Source: Hypanus sabinus
Taxonomy: Eukaryota
Length of the DNA: 64,000 nucleotides
Assembly: GCF_030144855.1 (NCBI RefSeq)
Contig: NC_082731.1
Coordinates: 26,598,001 to 26,662,000 of the forward strand
Reading direction: 5' to 3'
The notes below the pieces were generated by a model that saw only the letters and a list, made by a program, of their open reading frames with translations, did no database searches and had not been told where the DNA came from. Shown piece after piece: positions 1 to 12,456 of the stretch. Each line of letters starts with the position of its first letter. Within the stretch, counting starts at the first letter, position 1. The translations under genes were made by a program, and so were the position numbers.

Positions 1-3000
1 GATAGTGTAGAGGGAGCCTCACAATGTCAGACCCTGGTAGTGTGGGATGGGATGGTGTAGAGAAACCTCACCATGTCTGACCCGGGTGTGTCTGATGGGA
101 CGGTTCAGATGGAGCCTCACCATGTCTGATCCGGTAGTGTGGGATGAGACGGTGTAGAGAAGCCTCACCATGTCTGACCCCGTAGTGTGTGATGGGTCAG
201 TTCAGAGGGAGCTTTACTGTATCTGATGCCGGCACTGAATAATAGGACAGTGTCGAGGGAGCCTCACAGTGTAAGACCCTGGTAGTGTGGGATGGGGTGG
301 TATAGAGGGTGCCTCACTCTGTCTTACCCCGGTACTGTGTGATGGGACGGTGCAGAAAAGCCTCACCATGTCTGACCCGGTAGTCTGTGATGGGACAGTG
401 TAGAGAAGCCTTACCATGTCTGACCCGGTAGTCTGTGATGGGACGTTGTAGAGAAGCCTCCCCATGTTAGACACGGTAGTACGTGATGAGACGGTGTAGA
501 GAAGCAGCACCATGTCTGACCCGGTAGTGTGGGTTGGGACGGTGTAGAGAAGCCTCACCATGTCTGACCCGGTAGTGTGTGATGGGACGGTGTAGAGAAG
601 CCTCACCATGTCTGACCCGGTAGTGTGGGTTGGGACGGTGTAGAGAAGCCTCACCATGTCTGACCCGGTAGTGTGGGTTGGGACGGTGGAGAGGGAGCTT
701 TACTGTATCTGATGCCCGCACTGAATAATAGGACAGTGTAGAGGGAGCCTCACAGTGTAAGACCCTGCTAGTGTGGGATGGGGTGGTATAGAGGGAGCCT
801 CACTCTGTCTGACCCTGGTAGTGTGTGATGGGACAGTGCAGAGAAGCCTCACCATGTCTGACCCGGTAGTCTGTGATGGGACGGTGTAGAGAAGCCTTAC
901 CATGTCTGACCCGGTAGTGTGTGATGGGACGGTGTAGAGAAGCCTCACCATGTCTCATCCGGTAGTGTGTGATGAGACGGTGTAGAGAAGCCTCACATTG
1001 TCTGACCCGGCAGTGTGTGATGGGACAGTGTAGAGGGAGCTTTACTCTATCGGATGCGGGTACTGAATGATAGGATAGTGTAGAGGGAGCCTCACAATGT
1101 CAGACCCTGGTAGTGTGGGATGGGATGGTGTAGAGAAGCCTCACCATGTCTGACCCGGTAGTGTGTGATGGGATGGTGTAGAGAAGCCTCACCATGTCTG
1201 ACCCGGGTGTGTGTGATGGGACGGTTCAGATGGAGCCTCACCATGTCAGAGCCAGTAGTGTGTGATGAGACGGTGTCGAGAAGCCTCACCATGTCTGAGC
1301 CAGTAGTGTGGGATGGGATGGTGGAGAGGGAGCTTTAATGTCTCTGATGCCGGCACTGAATGATAGGACAGTGTAGTGGGAGCCTCACTCTGTCTGACCC
1401 AGGTAGCGTGGGATGGGGTGGTATAGAGGGAGCCTCACTCTGTCTGACCCTGGTAGTGTGGGATGGGATGATGTAGACAAGCCTCACCATGTTTGTCCTG
1501 GTTGTGTGTGATGGGACGGTGTAAAGAAGCCTCACAACGTCTGACCCGGTAGTGTGTGATGGGACGGTCTAGAGAAGCCTCACCATGTTTGACCTGGTTG
1601 TGTGTGATGGGACGGTGTAGAGAAGCCTCACAACGCCTGACCTGGTAGTGTGTGATGGGATGGGGTAGAGGGAGCTTTACTCTATCGGATGCCGCTACTG
1701 AATGATAGGACAGTGTAGAGGGAGCCTCACAGTGTCAGACCCTTGTAGTGTGCGATGGGATGGTGTAGAGGGAGCCTTACTCTGTCTGACCCTGGTAGTG
1801 TGTGATGCGACTGTGCAGAGTAGCCTCACCATGTCTGACCCGGTAGTGTGGGATGGGATGGTGTAGAGGGAGCCTCACTCTGTCTCACCCTGGTAGTGTG
1901 GGATGGGATGGTGTAGAGGGAGCCTGACTGAGTCTGACCCCGCTATTGTGTGATGGGACAGTGTGGAGGGTGTCTCAATATGTCTGACCTTGGTCTTGTG
2001 TGATGGGACAGTGTGGAGGAAGCCTCACTCTGTTTCACTCCTGTAGTGTGAGATGGGAAGGTTCAGAGGGAGCCTCACTGTGACTGACCCCGTTGGAGAG
2101 TGACGGGAGTCCGTAAAGGGAGCATCAGCATGCATGACTGCAGAACTTTATGACGGGACAGTGTAGAGGGAGCCTGACTCTGTCAGACTTTGGAACTGTG
2201 TGATGTGATGATGTGGAGGGAGCCTCAATGTGCCTGACCCTGGACGTTTGAGATGGGACAGTGTAGTGGGTAGTCTCTCTGTGCCTGATGCGTATGGAGT
2301 ATGATGGGACAGTGCAGAGGCAGCCTCCTATACCTCAATGTGTCTGAACCCAGTCGTGTGATGGGACGGTGTAGAGGGAGCCTCCTACATCTGAATGTGT
2401 CTGACCTCGATAGTGTGAAGTGACAGAGGGAGCCCCACTGTGTCTGATCCTGGTAGTGTGTGATGGGACAGTGTCGAGGGAGCATTACTGAGTCTGATTG
2501 CGGTGGATTGGGATGGGATGGTGTAGACGGAGCCTCGCTGTGTTTAACCCTGGTAGTGTGTGATGGGACGGTGTAGAGAAGCCTGACATTGTCTGACCTG
2601 GGAGTGTGTGTGATGGGATGGTGTAGAGAAGCCTCACCATGACTGAACCGGTAGTGTGTGATTGGACGGTTCAGATGGAGCCTCACCAGGTTTGACCCAG
2701 TAGTGTGTGGTGGGACGGTGTAGAGAAGCCTCACCATGTCTGAACCGGTAGTGTGTGATGGGATGGTGTAGAGAAGCCTCACCATGTCTCATCTGGTAGT
2801 GTGTGATGAGACGGTGTAGAGAAGCCTCACATTGTCTGACCCGGCAGTGTGTGATGGGACAGTGTAGAGGGAGCTTTACTCTATCGGATGCGGGTACTGA
2901 ATGATAGGATAGTGTCGAGGGAGCCTCACTCTGTCTGACCCTGGTAGTGTGGGATGGGGTGGTATAGAGGGAGCCTCACTGTCTGACCCTGGTAGTGTGG

Positions 3001-6000
3001 GATGGGATGGTGTAGAGAAGCCTAACCTTGTCTGACCCAGTAGTGTGTGATGGGACGGTCTAGAGAAGCCTCACCATGTTTGACCTGGTTGTGTGTGATG
3101 GGACGGTGTAGAGAAGCCTCACCATGTCTGACACTGTAGTGTGTGATGGGACGGTATAGATGGAGCTTTACTCTATCGGATGCCGGTACTGAATGATAGG
3201 ATGGTGTAGAGGGAGCCTCCTACATCTGAATGTGTCTGACCTCGATAGTGTGAAGTGACAGAGGGAGCCCCACTGTGTCTGATCCTGGTAGTGTGTGATG
3301 GGACAGTGTCGAGGGATCATTACTGATTCTGACTGCGGTGGATTCGGATGGGATGGTGTAGACGGAGCCTCGCTGTGTTTAACCCCAGTACTGTGTGATG
3401 GGACGGTGTAAAGAAGCCTCACCATGTCTGATCCAGTAGTGTGTGATGAGACAGTGTAGAGAAGCCTCACCTTGTCTGACCCGGCAGTGTGTGATGGGAC
3501 GGTGCAGAGAAGCCTCACCATGTCTGAACCGGTAGTGAGTGATTGGACGGTTCAGATGGAGCCTCACCAGGTTTGACCCAGTAGTGTGTGATAAGACGGT
3601 GTTGAGAAGCCTCACCATGTCAGAGTCAGTAGAGTGGGTTGGGACGGTGGAGAGGGAGCTTTACTGTATCTGATGCCAGCACTGAATGATAGGACAGTGT
3701 AGAGGGAGCCTCACAAGGTCAGACACTGGTAGTGTGGGATGGGATAGTGCAGAGGGAGCCTCACTCTGTCTGACGATGGTAGTGTGTGATGGGACGTTGT
3801 AGAGAAGCCTCACCATGTCTGACCTGGTAGTGTGTGATAAGACGGTGTAGAGAAGCCTCACCATGTTTGACCCTGGTAGTGTGTGATGGGACGGTGTAGA
3901 GAAGCCTCACCCTGTCTGACTCGGTATTGTGTGATGGGACGGTGTAGAGAAGCCTCACAATGTCCGACCCGGTAGTGTGTGATGGGATGGTGCAGAGAAG
4001 CCTCACCATGTCTGACAAGGTAGTGTGTGATGGGACGGTGTAGAGGGAGCTTTACTCTATCGGATGACGGTACTGAATGATAGAATAGTGTTGAGGGAGC
4101 CTCAACATGACTGACCCGGTGTTGTGTGATGGGACGGTGTAGAGAAGCCTCACCATGCCTGACCCGGTAGTGTGTGATGGGCCGGGGTAGAGAAGCCTCA
4201 CCATGTCTGACCCGGTATTGTGTGATGGGACAGTGTGGAGGGAGCCTCACTCTGTTTGACTCCTGTAGTGTGAGATGGGAAGGTTTAGAGGGAGCCTCAC
4301 TGTGACTGACCCCGTTTGATGAGTGACAGGAGTCCGTAAAGGGAGCATCAGCATGCATGACTGCAGAACTTTATGACGGGACAGTGCAGAGGGAGCCTGA
4401 CTCTGTCGAACTTTGGAACTGTGTGATGTGATGATGTGGAGGGAGCCTCAATGTTCCTGACCCTGGAAGGTTGAGATGGGACAGCGTAGTTGGAGCCGTC
4501 TCTGTGCCTGATACGTATGGAGTATGATGGGACGGTGCAGAGGGAGCCTCCAATATCTGAATGTGTCTGACCTCGATAGTGTGAAGTGACAAAGGGAGCC
4601 CCACTGTGTCTGATTCTGGTAGTGTGTGATGGGACAGTGTCGAGGGAGCATTACTGAGTCAGACTGTGGTGGATTGGGATGGGATGTTGTAGACGGAGCC
4701 TCGCTGTGTTTAACCCCGGTAATGTGTGATGGGACGGTGTAAAGAAGCTTCACAATGTCTGAACCGGTAGTGTGTGATGAGACGGTGTAGAGAAGCCTCA
4801 CCATGTCTGACCCGGCAGTGTGTGATGGGACAGTGTAGAGGGAGCTTTACTCTATCGGATGGGGGTACTGAATGATAGGATAGTGTAGAGGGAGCATCAC
4901 AATGTCAGACCCTGGTAGTGTGGGATGGGATGGTGTAGAGAAGCCTCACCATGTCTGACCCGGTAGTGTGTGATGGGATGGTGTAGAGAAGCCTCACAAC
5001 GTCTGACCCGGTAGTGTGTGATGGGACGGTTCAGATGGAGCCTCACCATGTCAGACCCAGTAGTGTGTGATGAGACGGTGTCGAGAAGCCTCACCATGTC
5101 TGAGCCAGTAGTGTGGGATGGGATGGTGGAGAGGGAGCTTTAATGTCTCTGATGCCGGCAATGAATGATAGGACAGTGTAGTGGGAGCCTCACTCTGTCT
5201 GACCCTGGTAGTGTGGGATGGGGTGGTATAGAGGGAGCCTCACTCTGTCTGACCCGGTAGTGTGGGATGGGACGGTGTAGAGGGAGCCTCCTACATCTGC
5301 ATGTGTCTGACCCCAGTCGTGTGATGGCACGGTGTAGAGGGAGCCTCCTATATCTGAATGTGTCTGACCTCGATAGTGTGAAGTGACAGAGGGAGCCTCA
5401 CTGTGTCTGATTCTGGTAGTGTGCGATGGGACAGTGTAGAGGGAGCATTACTGAGTCTGACTGTGGTGGATTGGGATGGGATAGACGGAGCCTCGCTGTG
5501 TTTTACCCCGGTAGTTTGTGATGGGATGGTGTGGAGAGGATATTAATGTGCTTCACCGAGGTAGAGTGTGAGGAATGGTGTAAAGTAAACTTCCTGCATC
5601 TGACCCCCGTAGTTAGTATGTGATGGGCCGGTGTAAAGGGAACCCCAATGTGTCTGACTCTGGAAATGTGTGATGGTATGGTTTTCAGCAAGCCTCAGTG
5701 TGTTTCACACTGGTAGTGTGTGATGAGACGGTGTAGTGGGAGCCTCACTGCGTCCGACTCTGGTACTCTGCAATAGGATGGTGTGGAGGGAGCCTCACTG
5801 TGTCAGACTTGGGAAGTGTGTGATGAAATGGTGTAGAGTGTGTCTCACTGTGCCTGACCCCAGCAGTATGCGAAGGGACGATGTATTGGGAGCTTCAGTC
5901 TGTCTGACACCAGAAGTGTGTTTTGTGACGATGAAGAGGGAGCCTCAATGTGCCTGACCCTGGAATTCTGAGATGGGATGGTGTAGATGGAGTCTCTCTG

Positions 6001-9000
6001 TGCTTGATGTGTATGGAAAGGTGTAGAGGGAGCCTCCTGTATCTGACCCCATTAGTCTGTGATGGGATGGTGTATAGGGAGCCACACTATCTAACTCCTG
6101 TAATCTGTGATGGGACAGTGTAGAGGGAGCCTCATTGTGTCTGACTACGGTAGTGTGTGATGGGACGGTGTAGAGAGAGCCTCAAGGTGTCTGACCCCAT
6201 TAGTTTATGCTGGGACAGTGTAGAGGAAGACTCTGTGTCTGACCCTGGACGTGAGGTACGGGACAGTGAGAGGGAGCCTCACAGTGCCTGAAGCCTGTAG
6301 TGTGTGATGGGACGATGGAGAGGGAGCCGCACTGAGTCCGACCTTGGCAGTTTGGGATGGGACTGTGTCAAGAGCCTCAATGTGTCTGACTCTCAAAATG
6401 TGTGATGGGACACTGTAGAGGAAGCCTCACTGCAATATCTGACAGGATGGTGTAGAGGGAGCCTCACTGTGTCTGACAGGATGGTGAAGAGGGAGCATCA
6501 CTGTGTCTGACCCCAGCAATGTCTGACAGGATGGTGTAGAGGGAGCCTGACAGTGTCTGAGTTCAGAAGTGGTGATGGAACAGTAGAAGTGAGCCTGATG
6601 CCTCTGAACCCAGAAGTGAGTGGTGGGAAGGTGTATAGGAAGCCTCACTGTGTCTAACCCCGGTCATCTCTGATGGCATGGTGTAGAAGGAGCCACAATG
6701 GTTCTGACTCTGGTAGTGTGTGTTGTGACGATGTGGAAGGAGCCTGAATGTGTATGACACCGGAAGTGAGTGATTGGACGGTGTCGAGTCTCGGTGTCGG
6801 TGTCGACCCCTTTAGTTTATAACGAGACAGTGCAAAAGGAGCAACACGGTGTCTGACTCAGTCAGTGTGTAACGAGACGGAATAGAGTGAGCTTCACTCT
6901 TTTTAACCACAGTATTGTTTAATCGGACAGTATAGAGGAAGCCTCACTGTGTCTGTCCCCAGCAGTGTGTGATGCAACAGTGTAGAGGGCACCTCACTGT
7001 GACTCATCCTGGTACTGTGTGATGGGACGATGGTATAGAGGGAGCCTCACTATGTCTGATCCTGGAAGTGTGTGATGTGATGTCATGGAGGGAGCCTCAA
7101 TATGTCCAAATCTGAAAGTGCGTGATGGGATAGTGTAGAGTGAGCCTCACTGTGTCTGACTCAGGAAGTGTGTGATGGGACGGTGTATAAAGAGCCTCAT
7201 TGTGTCCGACTCTGGAAATCTGATGGGGCAGCATAGAAGGAGTCTCACTGTGTTTCACCTCGTTAGTTTGTGATGAGATGGTGTGTAGGGAGCCACACTG
7301 TCTAACCCTGGTAATCTGTGAACGGGCCAGTGTAAAGGGAGCCTCATTGTGTCTGACTCCGCTAGTGTGTGTTGGGACAGTGTAGAGGGAGTCTCACTGT
7401 ATCTAAGGAAGTGTCTGATGGAATGGTGTAGAATGACCCTCATGTCTCTGATCCCAGTAGTATGCAAAGGGACGGTATATTGAATGCTTCACTCTGTCTG
7501 ACCCTGGAAGTGTGTGACACAGTGGAGGGAGCCTCAATGTGCCTGACTCCGCAAGAGAGCGATGGGACGGTGTTCAGTGAGCCAAGGTCTCTGACCCTGT
7601 CAGCTTATGTTGGGATGGTATCGATCAGGCCTCACTGCGTCTCACCCCGACGGTGTGCAGAGAGCCTCACTGTTTCTGACTCCAGTAGCATGTGAAGGGA
7701 TGGTGTGGAGGAAGCCTCAATGTGTCTGACTCAGTAAGTATTTGATGGGACGGTATGGAGGGAGTCTGTGTCTGATGGGACAGTGTATAGGGAGCCTCTC
7801 TGTTTCTGACCCTGGAATGTGTGGTCACAATTGGAGGGAGCCTGAATGTGTCTGACCCCAGTTGTGTGATGTGACGGTGCAGAGGGAGTCTCAATGCGTT
7901 TTACCCAAGAAGTGTGAAAGAACAGTGCAGAGGGAGCCTCTCTATTTCTGAATCTGGAGGTCTGTGATGGGACGATGTAGAGGGAGCTTCATTATGTCTG
8001 ATGCCAATAGACTGTGATGGGACAGTGTATAGGGCGCCACACTGTGGCTAACCCTGGTAGTCTGTGATGGGACTAAGTAGAGGGAGCCTCACTGTGCCTG
8101 ACCGGTAGTGTGTGACAGAATGGTATAGAGTGAGCCTCATGTCTCTGAACCCAAATGTTTGTAATGGGAAGATGTATAAGGAGCCTCACTGTGTTTAACC
8201 CCAGTCATCTGTGAAGGGATGGTGTAGAGGCAGCCTCACCGAGTCTGACCCTGGTAGTTAGGGATGGGACAGTGTAGAGGTAAATTCTCTGCTTCTGATG
8301 CGTGTAGTGTATGATGGGACGGTGTCGAGGGAACCTCTCTGTGACTCCAGTAGTGTGTGACGGAATGGTTTAGAGGGAGCCTCCTGTGTCTGAACTCAAA
8401 AGTGTGTGATGGGACGGTGTATAGAGAGCCTCACTATGTCCAATCCCAGCCGTCTGTGATGGGATGGTGTACAGTGATGCTCACTGTCTCTGACTCCTGA
8501 TGTGTGTGAAGGGATGACGTAGAGGGCCGCAAGGTGTCGGAACCCGGTTGTCTGTGATGTGCTGGTGTAGAGGGAGCCTCACAGTATCTGACTCCAGGAA
8601 TGTGTGATGGAACTGTGTAGAGGCAATCTCACTCTGGCTGAACACGAAGTGTTTGATGGAATGGTGTATAGGGAGCCACGCTGTCTGTCCCCAATTCCGT
8701 GTGATGAGATGATGTAGAGTGAGCATCGCTATCTCTGATTCCAGGCACATGTGATGGGATGGTGGAGAGGGAGCCTCACTGTCTCTGAAACTGAAGTGTG
8801 TGATGGGACAGTGGTGAGAGAGCCTCAGGGTGTCTGACCCAGTAGTCTGTGATTGGACAGTGCAGTGAGAGCTTCTAGGTGTCTGGCACATGTAGTTTCT
8901 GATGGGATGGTGTAGCAGGAGCCATAATCTGTCTGACCCCGGTAGTGTGTTATGGGACGGTGTAGAGGGAGCATCACTGTGCCTGACTCTAGAAGTGAGA

Positions 9001-9290
9001 GAATGGGATGGTGCCGAGGGAGTATCACAATGTTTAAACTCAGTAGTGTGCGATGCAGCAGTGTCGAGGGACTTACACTGTGTTTCACCCTGGTAGTGTG
9101 TGATGGGATGGTGTGGAGGAAGTCTCACTCTGCCTGACTATGGAAGACGGAAAGGAGTAGTGTGACCCTTGTATGTCTGACCCCAGTAGCATGCGAAGGG
9201 ATGAAGTATTAGGAGCCTCACTCTGTCTGACCCCGGAAGTGCGTGAAGGTACGATGTCAAGGGAGCCTCAATGTGTCTAACTCCATAGGT

Positions 9291-11335
9291 TAGTGGTCAC
9301 CAACCTTTTTAAGCCCAAGATCCCCTACCTCAGCCTTAGTGAAAGCCAAGATGGACCCCAGATCAATTAGTTACACGGATGCGCACCGGGGCAGAAAAGA
9401 CCAGAGGTAAAACCCCGCAACACGGAAGTAGAAATAATGTATAAACACCAAGGGTACCCACCCTTCTTTGCAGCGCGGACTGGTTTAGTATTGACAATAT
9501 TCTTGCGGACCGGCCGACAGTGGGGGGGGGGGGGGGGGGGTGTTGAACACGACGGGAAAACAGTGATACTCGAAGCAGGTTCCTTATGTCCAGTCCATTC
9601 TGCAATTTAGTTTTTGCGGCTCTCGGCACTTAGCTTTTGTCCCGCGCTGCTCACGTTTTTTCCACTGGAAAAACTCAGCGGGTTTGTCTTAAGTGCGGGG
9701 TGCTTGGACTCAGGGTACCGGAGCAGTTTTGAGGGCTTCATTGCCTCATTAGACAGCCTCCAGGCCCGAACTCCAGTCTCCCGCCCGCTCGCTGCCAGGA
9801 GCCGCTGGTCGTGGGTGGGGTGAGAGGACAAGGTCAGGGCCGGAGGTCCCCGTGCCAGGGCTGCTGGCCGTGGGTGGGGTGAGAAGACAAAGTCAGGGCC
9901 GGAGGTCCCCGTGCCAGGGCCGCTGGTCGTGGGTGGGGTGAGAGGACAAGGTCAGGGCCGGAGGTCCCCGTGCCAGGGCTGCTGGTCGTGGGTGGGGTGA
10001 GAGGACAAGGTCAGGGCCGGAGGTCCCCGTGCCAGGGCTGCTGGTCGTGGGTGGGGTGAGAAGACGAGGTCAGGGCCGGAGGTCCCCGTGCCAGGGCTGC
10101 TGGTCGTGGGTGGGGTGAGAGGACAAGGTCAGGGCCGGAGGTCCCCGTGCCAGGGCTGCTGGTCGTGGGTGGGGTGAGAGGACAAGGTCAGGGCCGGAGG
10201 TCCCCGTGCCAGGGCTGCTGGTCGTGGGTGGGGTGAGAAGACAAGGTCAGGGCCGGAGGTCCCCGTGCCAGGTCCGCTGGTCGTGGGTGGGGTGAGAAGA
10301 CGAGGTCAGGGCCGGAGGTCCCCGTGCCAGGGCCGCTGGCCGTGGGTGGGGTGAGAAGACAAGGTCAGGGCCGGAGGTCCCCGTGCCAGGGCCGCCGGCC
10401 GTGGGTGGGGTGAGAAGACAAGGTCAGGGCCGGAGGTCCCCGTGCCAGGGCCGCTGGTCGTGGGTGGAGTGAGGTCAGGGCCGGAGGTCCCCGTGCCAGG
10501 GCCGCTGGCCGTGGGTGGGGTGAGAAGACAAGGTCAGGGCCGGAGGTCCCCGTGCCAGGTCCGCTGGTCGTGGGTGGGGTGAGAGGATGTCAGGGCCGGA
10601 GGTCCCCGTGCCAGGAGCCGCTGGTCGTGGGTGGAGTGAGGTCAGGGCCGGAGGTCCCCGTGCCAGGGCCACTGGCCGTGGGTGGGGTGAGAAGACGAGG
10701 TCAGGGCCGGAGGTCCCCGTGCCAGGGCCGCAGTCCGGACAGAGCGACCGACCGAGTGAGGAATGCAACAGGGCCCTTGCCCGCCCCCCTTGTAGGACCT
10801 ATTGGCCAACAAAAGTTTGTTTCCGTAGATCGCAGCGAGGTAGCTGCTCTGATACTTTCGAAATGCTGAGCGCGAATTAGGTCTGCCAATATTTTAGCAC
10901 GGGTTCCCCACAAACATTCGGTGTGCTAAACAGGTTTAGAGGCAGCACTCTAAGCCAATAGCAATGGCACTTCCCACCAGCCACCCGAGGCCAACCAGTG
11001 ATCCCTGGCGTGAGGGTGTCACTGCATTTAGCCGACTGATGACCTCACGTGTATTCAAGTCCAACAGTGGGCTGACAGGGAATGAGGAAAGGTGCAGCTG
11101 ACTCATATCGTTTCCTTGTGGCCCGGTGCTTGGGGACCACTGAAGTATACTGCATAGTGCAGGGGAGCTACACGCATGCGCACTGGGCAGAAAGAACGGA
11201 ACTAAAAACCCCGCAACCCGGAAACAATCTCTCAACAGTATTTGCGTGTTTATTTTTCTTTTTTTTTTTCAGGATCTACTGGGAAAGTCTCAAAGATTGA
11301 TTAGTTGATCGCGATCAACGGGTTGGTGACCACTA
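9291..11335. mobile_element. Non-autonomous hAT-type DNA transposon (about 2.05 kb) inserted in the satellite
   Basis: Perfect 15-bp TIR: TAGTGGTCACCAACC (9291-9305) and GGTTGGTGACCACTA (11321-11335). Flanking 8-mers CCATAGGT and CCATAACT match at 6/8, consistent with an 8-bp hAT TSD. No transposase ORF is present. Confidence 0.85.
9793..10730. repeat. GC-rich 59-bp VNTR (about 16 copies, a few shortened units) inside the hAT element
   Basis: Unit GCCAGGGCCGCTGGTCGTGGGTGGGGTGAGAGGACAAGGTCAGGGCCGGAGGTCCCCGT; it shifts by 1 nt per 60-nt line. Confidence 0.96.
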
Positions 11336-12260
11336 CCATAACTGACTGACGGGATGGTGTAGACGGAGGCTCACTGTAGCTGACTCCAGTAGTGTGTGAT
11401 GGGACGGTGTAGAGGAGCCTCACTCTGTTTGACACCGGTAGTGCGTGATGAGACAGTGTACAGGGAGCCTCACTGTGTCTGAATCTGGTAGTGCGTGATG
11501 GGATGATGCACAGGGAGTCTCATTGTGTCTGATGGGATGGTCCAGAGGGAGCCTTATTGTGCCCGACACCTGTAGTGTGTGACGGGACCGTGTAGAGGGA
11601 GTCTCACTGTTTCTGACGCGTGTAGTGTATGATGGAATGGTGTAGAGGGAACCTCTCTGTGTCTGACTCCAGTAGTGTGTGACAGAACAGTATAGAGTGA
11701 GCCTCCTGACTCTGAACCCAAAAGTCTGCAATGGACAGTATTTAGGGAGCCTCAATGTCTCTGACTCTGGACATGTGTGATGAGGCGGTGTATAGAAGCG
11801 CATTGTCTGTCCCTGATTGTGTGTGATGGGACAGTGTAGAGGGAGCCTCACTGTGCCTGACTCCGGAAATGTGTTATGGGTCTGTGTAGAGAGAACCTCA
11901 AGGTGTCTAACCCCAACAGTATGATGGAATGGTGTAGAAGGAGCCTCACTTTTTCTGACTCTGGTAGTGTGTGATGGGATGGTATAGAGGCATCCTCACT
12001 AGATCTGATCCCGGTAGTGTATGATGGAACGATGTAGAGGGAGCCCTACTGTGTCTTATCCCAGAAGTTGGTGATGGGACAGTGTAGAGGGAGCCTCGCG
12101 GTGTCTGATGCTAGAAGTGTGAGATCTGCCGGTATAGAGAAGGTGTCAAGGTATCTGACCACGGCATTGTGCGATGGGATGGTGCAGAGGCAGCCTCAAT
12201 GTGTCTGACACTGGTAATGTCTGACGGGAGGCTTGAGAGGGAGCTTCACTGTTCTTGGTA

Positions 12261-12456
12261 CCTGATAGTCAATATTGAGAAGGAACACGCGCTGTCCACG
12301 CCAACCATAAAGGCGTTCCAGGACTGTGGGGGATTATTGCCATCACTGACAGAGATGGAAACATTTTAGTTTAATGTGTATTGTAGCAATTGTGTTAGTC
12401 ACTAGTTTGTATATATAGCACTGAATTTGTAATAAAGACATTTTGTATAAAAAAAA
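12261..12456 (+). mobile_element. 5'-truncated LINE 3' end, Tx1-like, inserted in the satellite
   Basis: Non-satellite island. It reads VNIEKEHALSTPTIKAFQD, then after a frameshift GIIAITDRDGNILV*, resembling recalled Tx1-clade ORF2 C-termini. AATAAA at 12431, A8 tail at 12449-12456, and GGTA on both flanks. Confidence 0.55.

Noticed and set aside
9793-10730. 59-bp repeat array as a CRISPR-like array
   Set aside because: Units are head-to-tail with no unique spacers, the context is eukaryotic, and there are no cas genes.
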